NCBI GenBank assembly: GCA_964556225.1
Contig: CAZKVJ010000005.1
Coordinates: 125,651 to 189,650 of the forward strand
Source: an uncultured Ilumatobacteraceae bacterium
GTDB taxonomy: Bacteria > Actinomycetota > Acidimicrobiia > Acidimicrobiales > Ilumatobacteraceae
Direction of reading: 5' to 3'
Length of the DNA stretch: 64,000 bases
A model generated the notes under the pieces. That model had not been told where the DNA came from, did not search any database, and saw nothing but the letters and a program-made list of their open reading frames with translations. Shown one piece after another: positions 1 through 8,730 of this stretch. The position numbers and the translations under genes are program-made. Each line of letters opens with the position of its first letter. The first letter of the stretch is position 1.

Positions 1-112
1 GCCGGCATGACCGTCGGCAGAGATCACGATGTAGCGGTCACCGGCGAGCACGGCGCGGCCTCCCTGTTGCATCCCCGACCCTCTGTATCGCAGAGCAACA
101 CAGAGGCTCTCA

Positions 113-790
113 ATGCGATACAGTGTCGACGGACTCGCCATGGCTGTCAAGACCATCCGCTCCGTGGAGAACGCCTTCCGCGTGCTCGAGCTGCTCGCCG
201 AGCGGCAGCCGGCGGGCGTCTCCGCGCTCGCGCGCGAGCTCGCCATGGACAAGAACGCCGTGCAGCGGGTGCTCGTCACGCTTGGCCACGTGGGCTGGAT
301 CCGCCAGCACGGTGACGACGGCGCTTGGGTGCTCACCCATCGCGCCACCCGCGTCGCCCACCGCGCCTCGCGCGGCCTGCGTGAGATCGCCCGCCCGCAC
401 CTCGACTCGCTGCAGCAGGACACGGGTGAGACGGCGCTGCTGTGGCAGGTCGAAGGCGACCGGCTGGTGGTGGTCGACAGCGCCGACAGCGCGCACGCGC
501 TTCGCATGACCGTGCCCGCCGGGACGGAGGTGCCACTCTCGGCAAGCCGCGACCTGCTGGCCTTCGTCAACCGCCGCGACCGTGACCGGGGCTACTACCT
601 GGTCGACGACGTGTACCCGAACGCGGTGGCGGTCGGCGCCGCACTGCTCGACGAGCACGGGCGCACCATCGGAGCGCTCACGGTGGTGGGACCGCGAACC
701 CGGCTCCCGCGTACCGAGCTCGCCCGCATCGGTGGGCTCGTCGGGCCGGCCGCTGCCGCCATCTCGGCCTCGCTCGCCGCCACCCGGTGA
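113..790 (+). CDS. IclR family transcriptional regulator
   Basis: N-terminal wHTH pattern (SVENAFRVLELLAE...GVSALARELAMDKNAVQRVL) followed by an IclR-type effector domain. An alternative ATG at 140 is possible. Confidence 0.85.
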   Translation: MRYSVDGLAMAVKTIRSVENAFRVLELLAERQPAGVSALARELAMDKNAVQRVLVTLGHVGWIRQHGDDGAWVLTHRATRVAHRASRGLREIARPHLDSLQQDTGETALLWQVEGDRLVVVDSADSAHALRMTVPAGTEVPLSASRDLLAFVNRRDRDRGYYLVDDVYPNAVAVGAALLDEHGRTIGALTVVGPRTRLPRTELARIGGLVGPAAAAISASLAATR

Positions 791-803
791 CCCGGGCGGC
801 CGG

Positions 804-1766
804 TCAGGAGCCGAGCTCACCGAGGTCGATCGTCTCCACCGGCAGCAGCTCGACGGTGACCTCGGCGGGATCGATCCCGCCAGCGATCAGCGCCGCACGC
901 AGCCCGTCGGCGCCAGGAGCGGGGAGCGGTCCGGCGAGCGCCACGATGACCCGCCCCCGACGGGTCGCGGTGTCGATCACCTGCCACCCGGTCGGCTCCC
1001 CCCACGAGGCGGCCACATCGCGGACCCGCTCCTCGCGACTGGTCTCGGAGGCGATGCGGGCCGACGAGCCGGCCAGTGTCACGCCGACGACCGCGACGCT
1101 GGCGGCCACGAGCAGCACGGCGTTGCGGCGGTTCACGGCACGGCGCTCGGCCGTCTGCGGTGGCGGCACCAGACGGTGCACGCGGTACAGCGCCATCACC
1201 ACCATGCCCACCCCGATGATGGCGACCACGTTCGTGACGAACAGCAGCAGCGCCCCGGCGGCCTCGTCGACCTCGCCCGATTCGAGCGTCAGGCCGACGA
1301 CGGTGAGCGGCGGCACGAGGGAGATCGCGATGGCGACACCCGGCAGCGTGTCGGAGATGTCGCGCCGGACGAGCGCGATGGACCCGACCGCTCCGGTCGC
1401 CAGCGCGGCCAAGAGGTCGATGAGGCGTGGGTTCACCCGCCCGGCGACCTGCGGGCTGTTGGCGGCGACCACGTCGTGCGCGACGGCCGCCCCGACCAGC
1501 CAGCCGATTGCAATGGCGCTCAGCGCCCCGGCCAGCACCAACCCGATCGAGCGCAGCAGGTTCGCACGGTCGCCGAGCACGACGGCGAGCATCGTGCCCT
1601 GGATCGGGATCATGAGCGGGGCCACGATCATCGCCCCGATCACCGTGGCCGTGGAGTCCGCGACCACACCTGCCGACGCGATCACGGACGCCAGCGTCAG
1701 CAGGATCCAGAACCGGCTGAGGCGCGCCCGGATCTCGGGGCCTTCGAAGAACACGGCGTCCCGCAT
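804..1766 (-). CDS. DUF389 family membrane protein
   Basis: Multi-TM protein with typical DUF389/TIGR00341-like sequence (GAMIVAPLMIPI..., PGVAIAISLVPPL). I chose the start at ATG 1766 (MRDAVFF). The longer 411-aa ORF would overlap the neighbouring gene. Confidence 0.7.
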   Translation of the reverse strand: MRDAVFFEGPEIRARLSRFWILLTLASVIASAGVVADSTATVIGAMIVAPLMIPIQGTMLAVVLGDRANLLRSIGLVLAGALSAIAIGWLVGAAVAHDVVAANSPQVAGRVNPRLIDLLAALATGAVGSIALVRRDISDTLPGVAIAISLVPPLTVVGLTLESGEVDEAAGALLLFVTNVVAIIGVGMVVMALYRVHRLVPPPQTAERRAVNRRNAVLLVAASVAVVGVTLAGSSARIASETSREERVRDVAASWGEPTGWQVIDTATRRGRVIVALAGPLPAPGADGLRAALIAGGIDPAEVTVELLPVETIDLGELGS

Positions 1767-1815
1767 GTGGGACAGCTCCTGGCGGGCGATGCTCGGCACG
1801 GCGATCAGCGCTCCG

Positions 1816-2721
1816 TCACGGTTGGCAGTGGGCGACCACGTCGGCGGCGAAGCGCTCGATGGACGGCCGGTACACCTCCGGTGAGCGTCGAACCCCGTCC
1901 GGCGACTGCGCCGCCACATCACGGTCGAGCGCCCACGGGACGCACAAAGTGCCCGTGATGCCGAGCTCCTCCTCGGCGCGACGGAACAGGTCCGGCTCGG
2001 GCATGGCGTACAGCCCGCAGATGATCTCGAAGCCGTCACCGGACCTGCCGTACTCGTGGAGGAACCCCTTCAGGCGCCCGACGTGATGGACGGCGTCGTC
2101 CCAGCCGTACGCGTTGCCGATCCAGCCGTCGCACAGCCGAGCCGCGCGGCGCAGCGCGGCGTCGGTGTGACCACCGCCGTAGATGGGCACCGGCTCGCTC
2201 GGGTGGGGCTCCATCATCACCGCCGGGATGTCGTAGTGCTCGCCGTGGTGCTCGACCCAGCCGCCCTGCCAGAGCGCCCGCAGCGCCGGGATCATCTCGT
2301 TCAGCCGCCGCCCTCGCGACTCGTAGTCCTGGCCCTGGAGGTCGAACTCCTCCTTCATCCAGCCCGCACCCGCTCCGAGAGCCACCCGGTTGTCCGAGAG
2401 CACGGCGGCGGTGGCGACCTCCTTCGCCAGCTGCAACAACGGCCGGTGCGGCGCGACGTAGATGTTGGTCGTGAAGCGCAGCTGCTCCGTGACCGCCGCC
2501 ATGGCACCGATGAGCACCCACGGATCGGGCCACGACGTCTCTGGCTCCCAGATCGGACGCCCGTCGGGGTGGGGCGAGTACGGGTACCGGCTCTGCAGGT
2601 CGCGCGGGTACACGAGGTGGTCCGACACCATGACGCCGTGGTAGCCGGCGTCGTCGAGCAGCGGGGCGATGGCGAGCACCTCGCGGGTGTCCATGAAGGC
2701 GGTGGCGCACCAGAACCTCAT
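1816..2721 (-). CDS. LLM class (luciferase-like) F420-dependent oxidoreductase
   Basis: [11 protein letters not shown]...VMVSDHL...FTTNIYVAP is typical of the TIGR03619-like LLM family. The start ATG at 2721 overlaps the stop of the upstream SDR (ATGA). Confidence 0.75.
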   Translation of the reverse strand: MRFWCATAFMDTREVLAIAPLLDDAGYHGVMVSDHLVYPRDLQSRYPYSPHPDGRPIWEPETSWPDPWVLIGAMAAVTEQLRFTTNIYVAPHRPLLQLAKEVATAAVLSDNRVALGAGAGWMKEEFDLQGQDYESRGRRLNEMIPALRALWQGGWVEHHGEHYDIPAVMMEPHPSEPVPIYGGGHTDAALRRAARLCDGWIGNAYGWDDAVHHVGRLKGFLHEYGRSGDGFEIICGLYAMPEPDLFRRAEEELGITGTLCVPWALDRDVAAQSPDGVRRSPEVYRPSIERFAADVVAHCQP

Positions 2722-3515
2722 GCCGGCACCTCCGCCGCCGGCAGCGGATGTGGGTGGGCAAACGGCTGGAGGACGGCGTCGGTCCCGCCGTCGACGAACA
2801 GCACCTGCCCCACGAGGTAGCTCGACCGAGGAGACAGCAAGAACGCGATCACCTCGGCGATCTCCTCGGGCCGTCCCCAGCGCCCGATCGGGATGGGGAT
2901 GGCGTCGAGCGCGTCCTGCATCCCTTCGATCTCCAGGAGCGGTCGCGTCATCCCGGTGTCGATCACCCCCGGCGCCACGGCGTTGACCCGGATCCCGGTG
3001 CCGATCCACTCTGGCGCGACGGCGTGTGAGCGCACCCAGAACGCCAGTGCCAGCTTGCCGGCGGGGTAGGCGTTCCAGCCGGCATCACGGAAGTGGGCGA
3101 GCGCCGCCGTCTCGTCGCCGTCGAGGTACACCCGGGCGTCGTCCGTCGAGAGCCCCGCGGTCATCGTGGTCGAGTTCGACGAGACCAGGACCACCGCCGG
3201 GTCCGTGCCGTGTGCGAGCGCGCCGTGCAAACCGTCGAGCAGCGCCATCACGCCGAAGTAGTTGACGCTGACCGTGAGCTCGGCCGGCACCAGGCCGCCC
3301 ACCCCGGCCGCCGGCACGAGCCCGTCGAGCACGCCCCCACAGGCCGCCAGCACGCCGTCGACCGCGGCACGCCGGCCGGCCGGTGCGGACAGGTCGGCGA
3401 GGATCTCGGCGTCGTGCACGTCGACGCCGATGACCCGATGGCCGTCGGCCGCGAGGTGGCGGGCGGTCGCCGCCCCGATCCCCGACGCCGACCCCGTGAC
3501 GCAGTAGGTCCCCAT
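2718..3515 (-). CDS. SDR family oxidoreductase
   Basis: Rossmann motif [13 protein letters not shown], a YxxxK-like AYPAGKLA, and C-terminal [18 protein letters not shown]. Start at ATG 3515 (MGTYCVTG). Confidence 0.85.
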   Translation of the reverse strand: MGTYCVTGSASGIGAATARHLAADGHRVIGVDVHDAEILADLSAPAGRRAAVDGVLAACGGVLDGLVPAAGVGGLVPAELTVSVNYFGVMALLDGLHGALAHGTDPAVVLVSSNSTTMTAGLSTDDARVYLDGDETAALAHFRDAGWNAYPAGKLALAFWVRSHAVAPEWIGTGIRVNAVAPGVIDTGMTRPLLEIEGMQDALDAIPIPIGRWGRPEEIAEVIAFLLSPRSSYLVGQVLFVDGGTDAVLQPFAHPHPLPAAEVPA

Positions 3516-3590
3516 CGCTCCCCTTGTCCCCCGACTGTCGGACCGTCTCGATCGGCCGACATCCTGCCAGATGGCGACAACCACTCACCG

Positions 3591-3607
3591 TAGTTGTCTG
3601 ACAACTA
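3591..3607. promoter_or_regulatory. Perfect 8+1+8 palindrome TAGTTGTC-T-GACAACTA (candidate operator)
   Basis: Read directly from the sequence. It lies in the divergent gap between the SDR operon (minus) and the peptidase gene (plus), immediately upstream of a TTGACA hexamer. Confidence 0.5.
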
Positions 3608-3613
3608 TCTGCG

Positions 3614-3642
3614 TTGACAATGGGCCGGAGGGAGCAGATGCT
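3614..3642 (+). promoter_or_regulatory. Candidate sigma-70-type promoter (TTGACA - 17 nt - GATGCT)
   Basis: TTGACA at 3614-3619 and a TANNNT-like hexamer at 3637-3642 with a 17-nt spacer, about 65 nt upstream of the peptidase start. Confidence 0.35.
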
Positions 3643-3707
3643 GGATCCCGTCCACGGGGAAGCCGAGCGATCCGCCCGCTCTGGAGGCTCGGCAGGAAGG
3701 AGCTTCC

Positions 3708-4814
3708 ATGACCAGTCCCTCGTTGGATCTGGGGGTCCTGCGCACCGCGCTCGCCGAGGCCGGTGCACCCTGGGTCCAGGCCTACACGTCGATGACGGCG
3801 CTCACCGAGGACGATCGCGTGATCCGCCTCGGTGTGCCGCCCACCCCCGGCCTCGCCGAGGCCGACCTCGAAGCGGACGTGGAGCATGCGACCGCCATGG
3901 CCACGGAGGCCACGGCCGACGCCGTCGGCGCGCCGGCGGCGTTCGACCTGCGCAACGTCAGCGGGGTCAGCTACTCCACCGCGGTGCGCGACCAGGGCAG
4001 CTGCGGCTCGTGCGTGGCGTTCGGCGTGGTCGCCACCATGGAGGGCGTCGGCCGCTTCACGACCGGGCGTCCCGCCCTGCCCGTCGACTTGTCCGAAGCC
4101 CACCTCTTCTACTGCCACGGCGCGGCCGCCGGTGCCCGCTGTGGCACGGGGTGGTGGCCGGACCAGGCCTGCAACGCGGCGAGGGACCAGGGCGTCGCCT
4201 TCGAGGACTACTTCCCGTACGTCGCTGGCGACCGGGCCTGCGGGGTCAACGCCGACTGGCCGAACCACCGCGCCAACGTCGTGGCCTGGCAGTACCTGAA
4301 CGCCAACCCGGCCGGGATGAAGGACCACATCTCCCGCTACGGCGCGATCACCGCCTGCCTCGACGTTTACCAGGACTTTTTCAGCTACGGCTCCGGGGTC
4401 TACCGCCACGTGACCGGCTCGTACGCCGGCGGGCACTGCGTGTCGCTGATCGGCTACGACGACGCCGCCGGGTGCTGGATCGGCAAGAACAGCTGGGGGA
4501 CGGGCTGGGGTGACGGCGGCTACTTCCGCATCGCCTACGGCCAGTGCCGCATCGAGAGCTACCAGACCATCGGCATCCAGGGTGTGCGCTTCCGGACCTG
4601 GTGGCCCAACCAGGTCGTGCAGGGCCTGTGGAGCAACGAGCACGACAACAACATCTGGATGTACGGCTCTGCCCGCGGCTGGCTGAAGGTGGACGGCGCC
4701 GCCGTGCCCACGGGCGTGGGGATGCTCCACGAGCTGGCCGCCGCCAAGGCCGGCGCCCGTGCCTTCGGGCTCTTCGAGGACAACGGCACCGCCGTCCAGC
4801 TCTACGCCTGGTGA
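3708..4814 (+). CDS. Papain-like (C1 family) cysteine peptidase with extra C-terminal domain, no signal peptide
   Basis: VRDQGSCGSCVAFG (Gln/Cys), GGHCVSLIGYDD (His) and IGKNSWGTGWGDGGYFRI (Asn) are near-identical to the papain motifs. SD GGAAGGAG lies 5 nt upstream of the ATG. About 80 aa precede the catalytic domain and about 72 aa follow it. Confidence 0.9.
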   Translation: MTSPSLDLGVLRTALAEAGAPWVQAYTSMTALTEDDRVIRLGVPPTPGLAEADLEADVEHATAMATEATADAVGAPAAFDLRNVSGVSYSTAVRDQGSCGSCVAFGVVATMEGVGRFTTGRPALPVDLSEAHLFYCHGAAAGARCGTGWWPDQACNAARDQGVAFEDYFPYVAGDRACGVNADWPNHRANVVAWQYLNANPAGMKDHISRYGAITACLDVYQDFFSYGSGVYRHVTGSYAGGHCVSLIGYDDAAGCWIGKNSWGTGWGDGGYFRIAYGQCRIESYQTIGIQGVRFRTWWPNQVVQGLWSNEHDNNIWMYGSARGWLKVDGAAVPTGVGMLHELAAAKAGARAFGLFEDNGTAVQLYAW

Positions 4815-4841
4815 GCGTCGACAACGAAAGAGGTGAGGGAG

Positions 4842-5264
4842 ATGCCCAGTCAGCAGCGAGGCCGCCCCGAGGGGCTCCCGCCCACGAACGGCGGCGGAGT
4901 CGCCGTCGCCGTCGGCGAGTCGCGACCAGGCGACCTGACCGTCGAGAGCCTCGGCGGTGACCTGGCCGAGACGTCGATGTCGGCGCCGAGCGCAGGGCCA
5001 CCGGCCGCCGTCACGGAGGGCGCCGGGGCCGGGGCCGTGACGGCCACCTGGCGCTCGGGCCAGGTCACGGCGCTGTGGTCCATCAACGAGGTCCGCAACG
5101 CCTGGATCCACGTCGCCGGCGTGGGCTGGAGGAAGATCTTCAACGGTCGCGACGGTGCGTTCATGGCGCTCACCGCGCTGGCGTCACAGGCTCGCCAGAC
5201 CGGCCGTTCGATCAACTTCCGGGAGGAGGCCGACGGGATGGTGCACGAGATCTATCTCTGGTGA
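4842..5264 (+). CDS. Hypothetical protein; its C-terminal ~72 aa are paralogous to the C-terminal domain of the upstream C1 peptidase
   Basis: Gly/Ala/Pro-rich N-terminus, then TWRSGQVTALWSINEVRNAWIHVAGVGWRKI...GMVHEIYLW, which aligns with the peptidase tail TWWPNQVVQGLWSNEHDNNIWMYGSARGWLKV...GTAVQLYAW. ATG at 4842 (the track ORF starts at GTG 4833). Confidence 0.6.
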   Translation: MPSQQRGRPEGLPPTNGGGVAVAVGESRPGDLTVESLGGDLAETSMSAPSAGPPAAVTEGAGAGAVTATWRSGQVTALWSINEVRNAWIHVAGVGWRKIFNGRDGAFMALTALASQARQTGRSINFREEADGMVHEIYLW

Positions 5265-5274
5265 CATCCGGGGC

Positions 5275-5709
5275 TCAGCCGCCGAGGACCTTCGACATCC
5301 AGATCGAGTCCTCGGCGGTGAACCCCAGACGGGTGTAGAGCCGGCGCGCCGCATCGTTCGGCCGCTCCGTCTCCAGCACGATCCGCTTGACGCCCCGAGC
5401 GCGGAGGTCGTCCTCGATGACCCGCATCGCCGCGCTGGCCTTCCCGCGTCCCCGCGATCGCACGTAGATCTCGTCCAGCACCACGTCGAGACCGCCGATC
5501 TCGACCGACCACCCCCACGTGACGACGGCGTAGCCGTCGTCGTCGCCGATCATCCAGACCACGCCGAGCGAGTCATCGGCCAGCAGCGGCTCCAGGCCCG
5601 CCCGCGCGACGCCGGCGTCGAACTCGTGGCCGTCGGCCTCGCAGTACTCCGCCACGAGCACCAGCAAGGTCGCCAGGTCATCGGGCACCGCCCGGCGCAC
5701 GTTCGTCAC
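5275..5709 (-). CDS. GNAT family N-acetyltransferase
   Basis: Acetyl-CoA binding motif YVRSRGRGKASAAM and C-terminal RRLYTRLGF. GTG start at 5709 chosen (VTNVRRAVPDD). Confidence 0.8.
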   Translation of the reverse strand: MTNVRRAVPDDLATLLVLVAEYCEADGHEFDAGVARAGLEPLLADDSLGVVWMIGDDDGYAVVTWGWSVEIGGLDVVLDEIYVRSRGRGKASAAMRVIEDDLRARGVKRIVLETERPNDAARRLYTRLGFTAEDSIWMSKVLGG

Positions 5710-5719
5710 GGCGACGACA

Positions 5720-6028
5720 CTACGGGGTCGCGGTGACCAGCAGCTCTCGCGTCTCGGCGGGCGCGACGCCGGTCTCCCACGGGCGGCGCAGCGACAGCTC
5801 GAGCACCCCCTCGCCACTGCCGTACACCCGGAAGGTCAGCCGCCGGGTCGCCGCCGCCCCGGGCGCGGCCCCAGCGAGCCGATGCTCGTCGTGCGACAGG
5901 TCCAAGAACTCGGGGCACGCATCGACCTGCCACACGAACCCGGTCGAGGCGTTCTCCGATAGCACCAGCACCAGCTCGTCGCCGTCACCGACGCTGACCG
6001 AGGACTGGGTCGAGATGTCGTGGCGCAT
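5720..6028 (-). CDS. Chagasin-family (MEROPS I42) cysteine-peptidase inhibitor-like protein
   Basis: 102 aa with no signal peptide. It has an L2-like motif NASTGFVW (consensus NPTTGY/F), an L6-like RRPWE (RPW/F), and a degenerate L4 (PGAAAT versus GxGG). SD GGAGGG lies upstream of ATG 6028. Confidence 0.7.
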   Translation of the reverse strand: MRHDISTQSSVSVGDGDELVLVLSENASTGFVWQVDACPEFLDLSHDEHRLAGAAPGAAATRRLTFRVYGSGEGVLELSLRRPWETGVAPAETRELLVTATP

Positions 6029-6043
6029 CGTCCCTCCGTGCTC

Positions 6044-6394
6044 TCAGCCCGCTTGGTGCAGCTCCACCAGGTTCCCGCACGGGTCACGAAGGAACGCCTG
6101 GCGGCCGCTCCCGATCGGCGACGGGTCGCTCACCGTGACGCCGCCGGCTCGCAGCTCCACCACGGCGGTGTCGACATCGGCCACCAGCACCGCGAAGTGG
6201 GGGCCGGGCGTCTCCGGCACCGGCCCCTCGATGAGATGGAGCTGCTGACCGCCGGCGTCGAGCCAGGCGCCGCCGATCCCCAGCGCGGGGCGGTCCGGGC
6301 GTTCGACGAGCCCGAGCACCTCGACGTAGAAGCGCCGGGCGGCCTCGACGTCGTCGACGTTGATGGACACGTGGTGCACGGCGAGCGGTCGCAC
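6044..6394 (-). CDS. VOC (glyoxalase/bleomycin resistance) family protein
   Basis: HHVSINVDDVEAARRFYVEVLGL...PHFAVLVADVD...FLRDPCGNLVEL. Only the last 116 codons of the 551-aa track ORF are used (GTG 6394). Confidence 0.8.
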   Translation of the reverse strand: MRPLAVHHVSINVDDVEAARRFYVEVLGLVERPDRPALGIGGAWLDAGGQQLHLIEGPVPETPGPHFAVLVADVDTAVVELRAGGVTVSDPSPIGSGRQAFLRDPCGNLVELHQAG

Positions 6395-6508
6395 CGGACG
6401 ATCTTCGCGCCGGCATCCTCCCACGGGAAGGCGAATCGAGTGCGATCTCACGCTCCCACGACGGGAGCTCGCACTCGGATCGCCTGCCCGCTTCGGCGGC
6501 CACCCCCG

Positions 6509-6529
6509 TATCTGACAGACTGTCAGATA
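6509..6529. promoter_or_regulatory. Perfect 10+1+10 palindrome TATCTGACAG-A-CTGTCAGATA (candidate operator)
   Basis: Read directly. It is centred in the divergent intergenic region between the VOC-chagasin-GNAT operon (minus) and the acyl-CoA dehydrogenase operon (plus). Confidence 0.6.
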
Positions 6530-6580
6530 CCAGTCGGCCGGGGGACGAGCCGGCAGGGACGCTCGGGAGGTCCGCGCTGC

Positions 6581-7786
6581 ATGCACATCGGTGACTCGCC
6601 GGACGAGGCCGCGTTCCGCGCCGAGGCCCGCGCCTGGCTGGCCGCCCACGCGGCGCCACGCATCGCCGGCACGGTGCCGGAGTCGGTCGAGCTGGCCGAG
6701 CATGTGAAGCGGTGCAAGGAGTGGCAGGCCACGCTGTTCGAGGGCGGCTGGGCCGGCATCACCTGGCCGGGCGCGTTCGGAGGACGGGGGCTCTCGGCCA
6801 TCCAGGCCGCGATCTTCGCCGAGGAGCAGGCCCAGTTCGACGTCTCGGTGGGGGCCTTCGCCGTGTCGATCGGCATGGTCGGCCCGACGCTGATGGCCCA
6901 CGGCACGCCCGAGCAGCAGCACCGCTTCCTCGAGCCCATGCTGCGCGGCGACCACATCTGGTGCCAGCTCTTCAGCGAGCCCGGGGCCGGCAGCGACCTC
7001 GCCTCGCTCGCCACGCGCGCCGTGCTCGATGGTGACACCTGGGTCGTCAACGGCCAGAAGGTCTGGACCTCGTTCGGGCAGTTCGCCGACTACGGGATCC
7101 TGCTGGCCCGCACCGACCCGGACGTGCCCAAGCACGCCGGCATCACGTACTTCGTCGTCGACATGCGAACCCCGGGCATCGAGGTGCGACCGCTGACGCA
7201 GATCACCGGCGTCGCTCACTTCAACGAGGTGTTCCTCACCGACGTGCGGATCCCGGCCGAGAACGTGGTGGGCGCCGTCGGCGACGGCTGGAAGGTGGCG
7301 AGCACCACGCTCGCCAGCGAGCGGGCGTTCATCGGCTCCGGTGGCGGGTCGTGGACGGTGCCGGAGCTGATCGAGCTCGCCCGGCGCACGGGGCGCGCCG
7401 CCGATCCGGTCGTGCGCCAGGCGCTGATGCGCGCCCACTGCCGCGCTGGCGCGCTCACCTACCTCGGCTACCGCATGCGCACGGCGATGTCGTTGCAGCG
7501 GATGCCCGGCCCGGAGATGCTGGTGATGAAGCTGTTCCTCGCCCGGCACTGGGCGGCCACGCTCGACACCGCGATGGAGGTCCTCGGCGCCGAGGGGCTG
7601 CTGTGGGGCGACGATGCGCTCGACGACGGACGCTGGCAGCAGTCGCTGCTCAGCCAGTTCGCGGTGCGTCTCGGTGGCGGCACCGACGAGGTGCAGCACA
7701 ACATCATCGGTGAGCGCGGCCTCGGACTTCCCCGTGAGCCAGCGCTCGACAAGGGCGTCCCCTGGAGAGATCTGGTGCGGTCATGA
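6581..7786 (+). CDS. Acyl-CoA dehydrogenase (FadE-like, putative alpha subunit of a heteromeric ACAD)
   Basis: Typical ACAD N, middle and C domains (WCQLFSEPGAGSD, TWVVNGQKVWTS, GGGTDEVQHNIIGERGLGLP). ATG at 6581. Confidence 0.9.
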   Translation: MHIGDSPDEAAFRAEARAWLAAHAAPRIAGTVPESVELAEHVKRCKEWQATLFEGGWAGITWPGAFGGRGLSAIQAAIFAEEQAQFDVSVGAFAVSIGMVGPTLMAHGTPEQQHRFLEPMLRGDHIWCQLFSEPGAGSDLASLATRAVLDGDTWVVNGQKVWTSFGQFADYGILLARTDPDVPKHAGITYFVVDMRTPGIEVRPLTQITGVAHFNEVFLTDVRIPAENVVGAVGDGWKVASTTLASERAFIGSGGGSWTVPELIELARRTGRAADPVVRQALMRAHCRAGALTYLGYRMRTAMSLQRMPGPEMLVMKLFLARHWAATLDTAMEVLGAEGLLWGDDALDDGRWQQSLLSQFAVRLGGGTDEVQHNIIGERGLGLPREPALDKGVPWRDLVRS

Positions 7787-8730
7787 GCCACCCTGCGCAC
7801 GACGACTTCTACGAGCAGCTGCAGCGCTTCGTGGGCCTGGAGATCGGCCCGCCGACGCCGGCTCCCGACGAGGTCAACGTGGCGATGATCCGCCACTGGT
7901 GCGAGGCCATGGGCGACGAGAACCCGGTGTACGTCGACCCCGAGGCCGCCGCCGCGAGCGTGCACGGCGGGCTCGTGGCCCCACCCACGATGCTGCAGGC
8001 GTGGGTCATGGTGGGCGTGAAGGGGCCGTCGCGGGGTGGTGACGGTCCGTACGAGCAGATGAACGAGCTGCTGTTCAGCCGGGGCTTCACGAGCGTCGTC
8101 GCCACCAACAGCGAGCAGACGTACCAGCGCTACCTCCGCCCCGGCGACCGGCTCACGATGCGCACGGTCATCGACTCGATCAGCCCGGAGAAGACCACTG
8201 CGCTCGGCACCGGCCACTTCGTGACCACCCGTCAGGATTACTTCGAAGCCGGCGGCGAGCTGGTCGGCTCGATGCTGTTCCGGATCCTGCGGTTCCGCCC
8301 CCCGGCCGCCACGAAGCCCGCGCCCGTGCCCCGGCCCCAGCCGGCCACCACCCATGACAACCGGTGGTGGTTCGAGGCCGTCGGCGAGGGCCGGCTCCTC
8401 ATCCAGCGCTGCACGGGGTGCGGGCGGCTGCGGTTCCCGACGGGCCCGATGTGCCCGGTGTGTCACTCGCTCGGCTGGGACTCGGTCGAAGCGGCGGGCA
8501 CGGGCACGATCCACAGCTTCGTCGTCACCCACTTCCCACAGGTGCCCGGCCTGGAGTACCCGCTCCCGATCGTCCTCGTCGAGCTGGACGAAGGGGTGCG
8601 GATGGTGATGAACACCGTCGACACGCCGAACGATCGCCTGGAGATCGGTGCCCCCGTGACGATCGAGATCCGCGATGCCGGTCCCGGGATGAAGCTGCCG
8701 TTCGCCCGAGTGGAGGGAGGGTCACGATGA
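7783..8730 (+). CDS. Hotdog (MaoC N-terminal-like) dehydratase fused to a DUF35 OB-fold/zinc-ribbon domain (ChsH2-like)
   Basis: The N-terminal half is hotdog-like (MIRHWCEAMGDENPVY). The C-terminal half has CTGCGRLRFPTGPMCPVCHS (4-Cys ribbon) plus an OB fold. ATGA overlap with the upstream ACAD. Confidence 0.8.
   Translation: MSHPAHDDFYEQLQRFVGLEIGPPTPAPDEVNVAMIRHWCEAMGDENPVYVDPEAAAASVHGGLVAPPTMLQAWVMVGVKGPSRGGDGPYEQMNELLFSRGFTSVVATNSEQTYQRYLRPGDRLTMRTVIDSISPEKTTALGTGHFVTTRQDYFEAGGELVGSMLFRILRFRPPAATKPAPVPRPQPATTHDNRWWFEAVGEGRLLIQRCTGCGRLRFPTGPMCPVCHSLGWDSVEAAGTGTIHSFVVTHFPQVPGLEYPLPIVLVELDEGVRMVMNTVDTPNDRLEIGAPVTIEIRDAGPGMKLPFARVEGGSR

Noticed and set aside
582-1958. 458-aa plus-strand ORF, together with similar long shadow ORFs: 3585-5111(-), 8463-9887(-), 10150-11538(-), 11417-12889(-), 16033-17766(-), 18053-19519(-), 19447-20883(-), 25002-26438(+), 26746-28722(+), 52152-53657(-), 54348-56402(+), 56135-57685(+), 57526-58866(+) and 61880-63238(+).
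   Set aside because: Each overlaps a gene on the other strand or frame that has clear family motifs. These ORFs have low-complexity R/P/G/A-rich translations and no recognisable domains.
6044-7699. 551-aa minus-strand ORF.
   Set aside because: Only the last 116 codons (VOC/glyoxalase domain, 6044-6394) look real. The rest is antisense to the acyl-CoA dehydrogenase.
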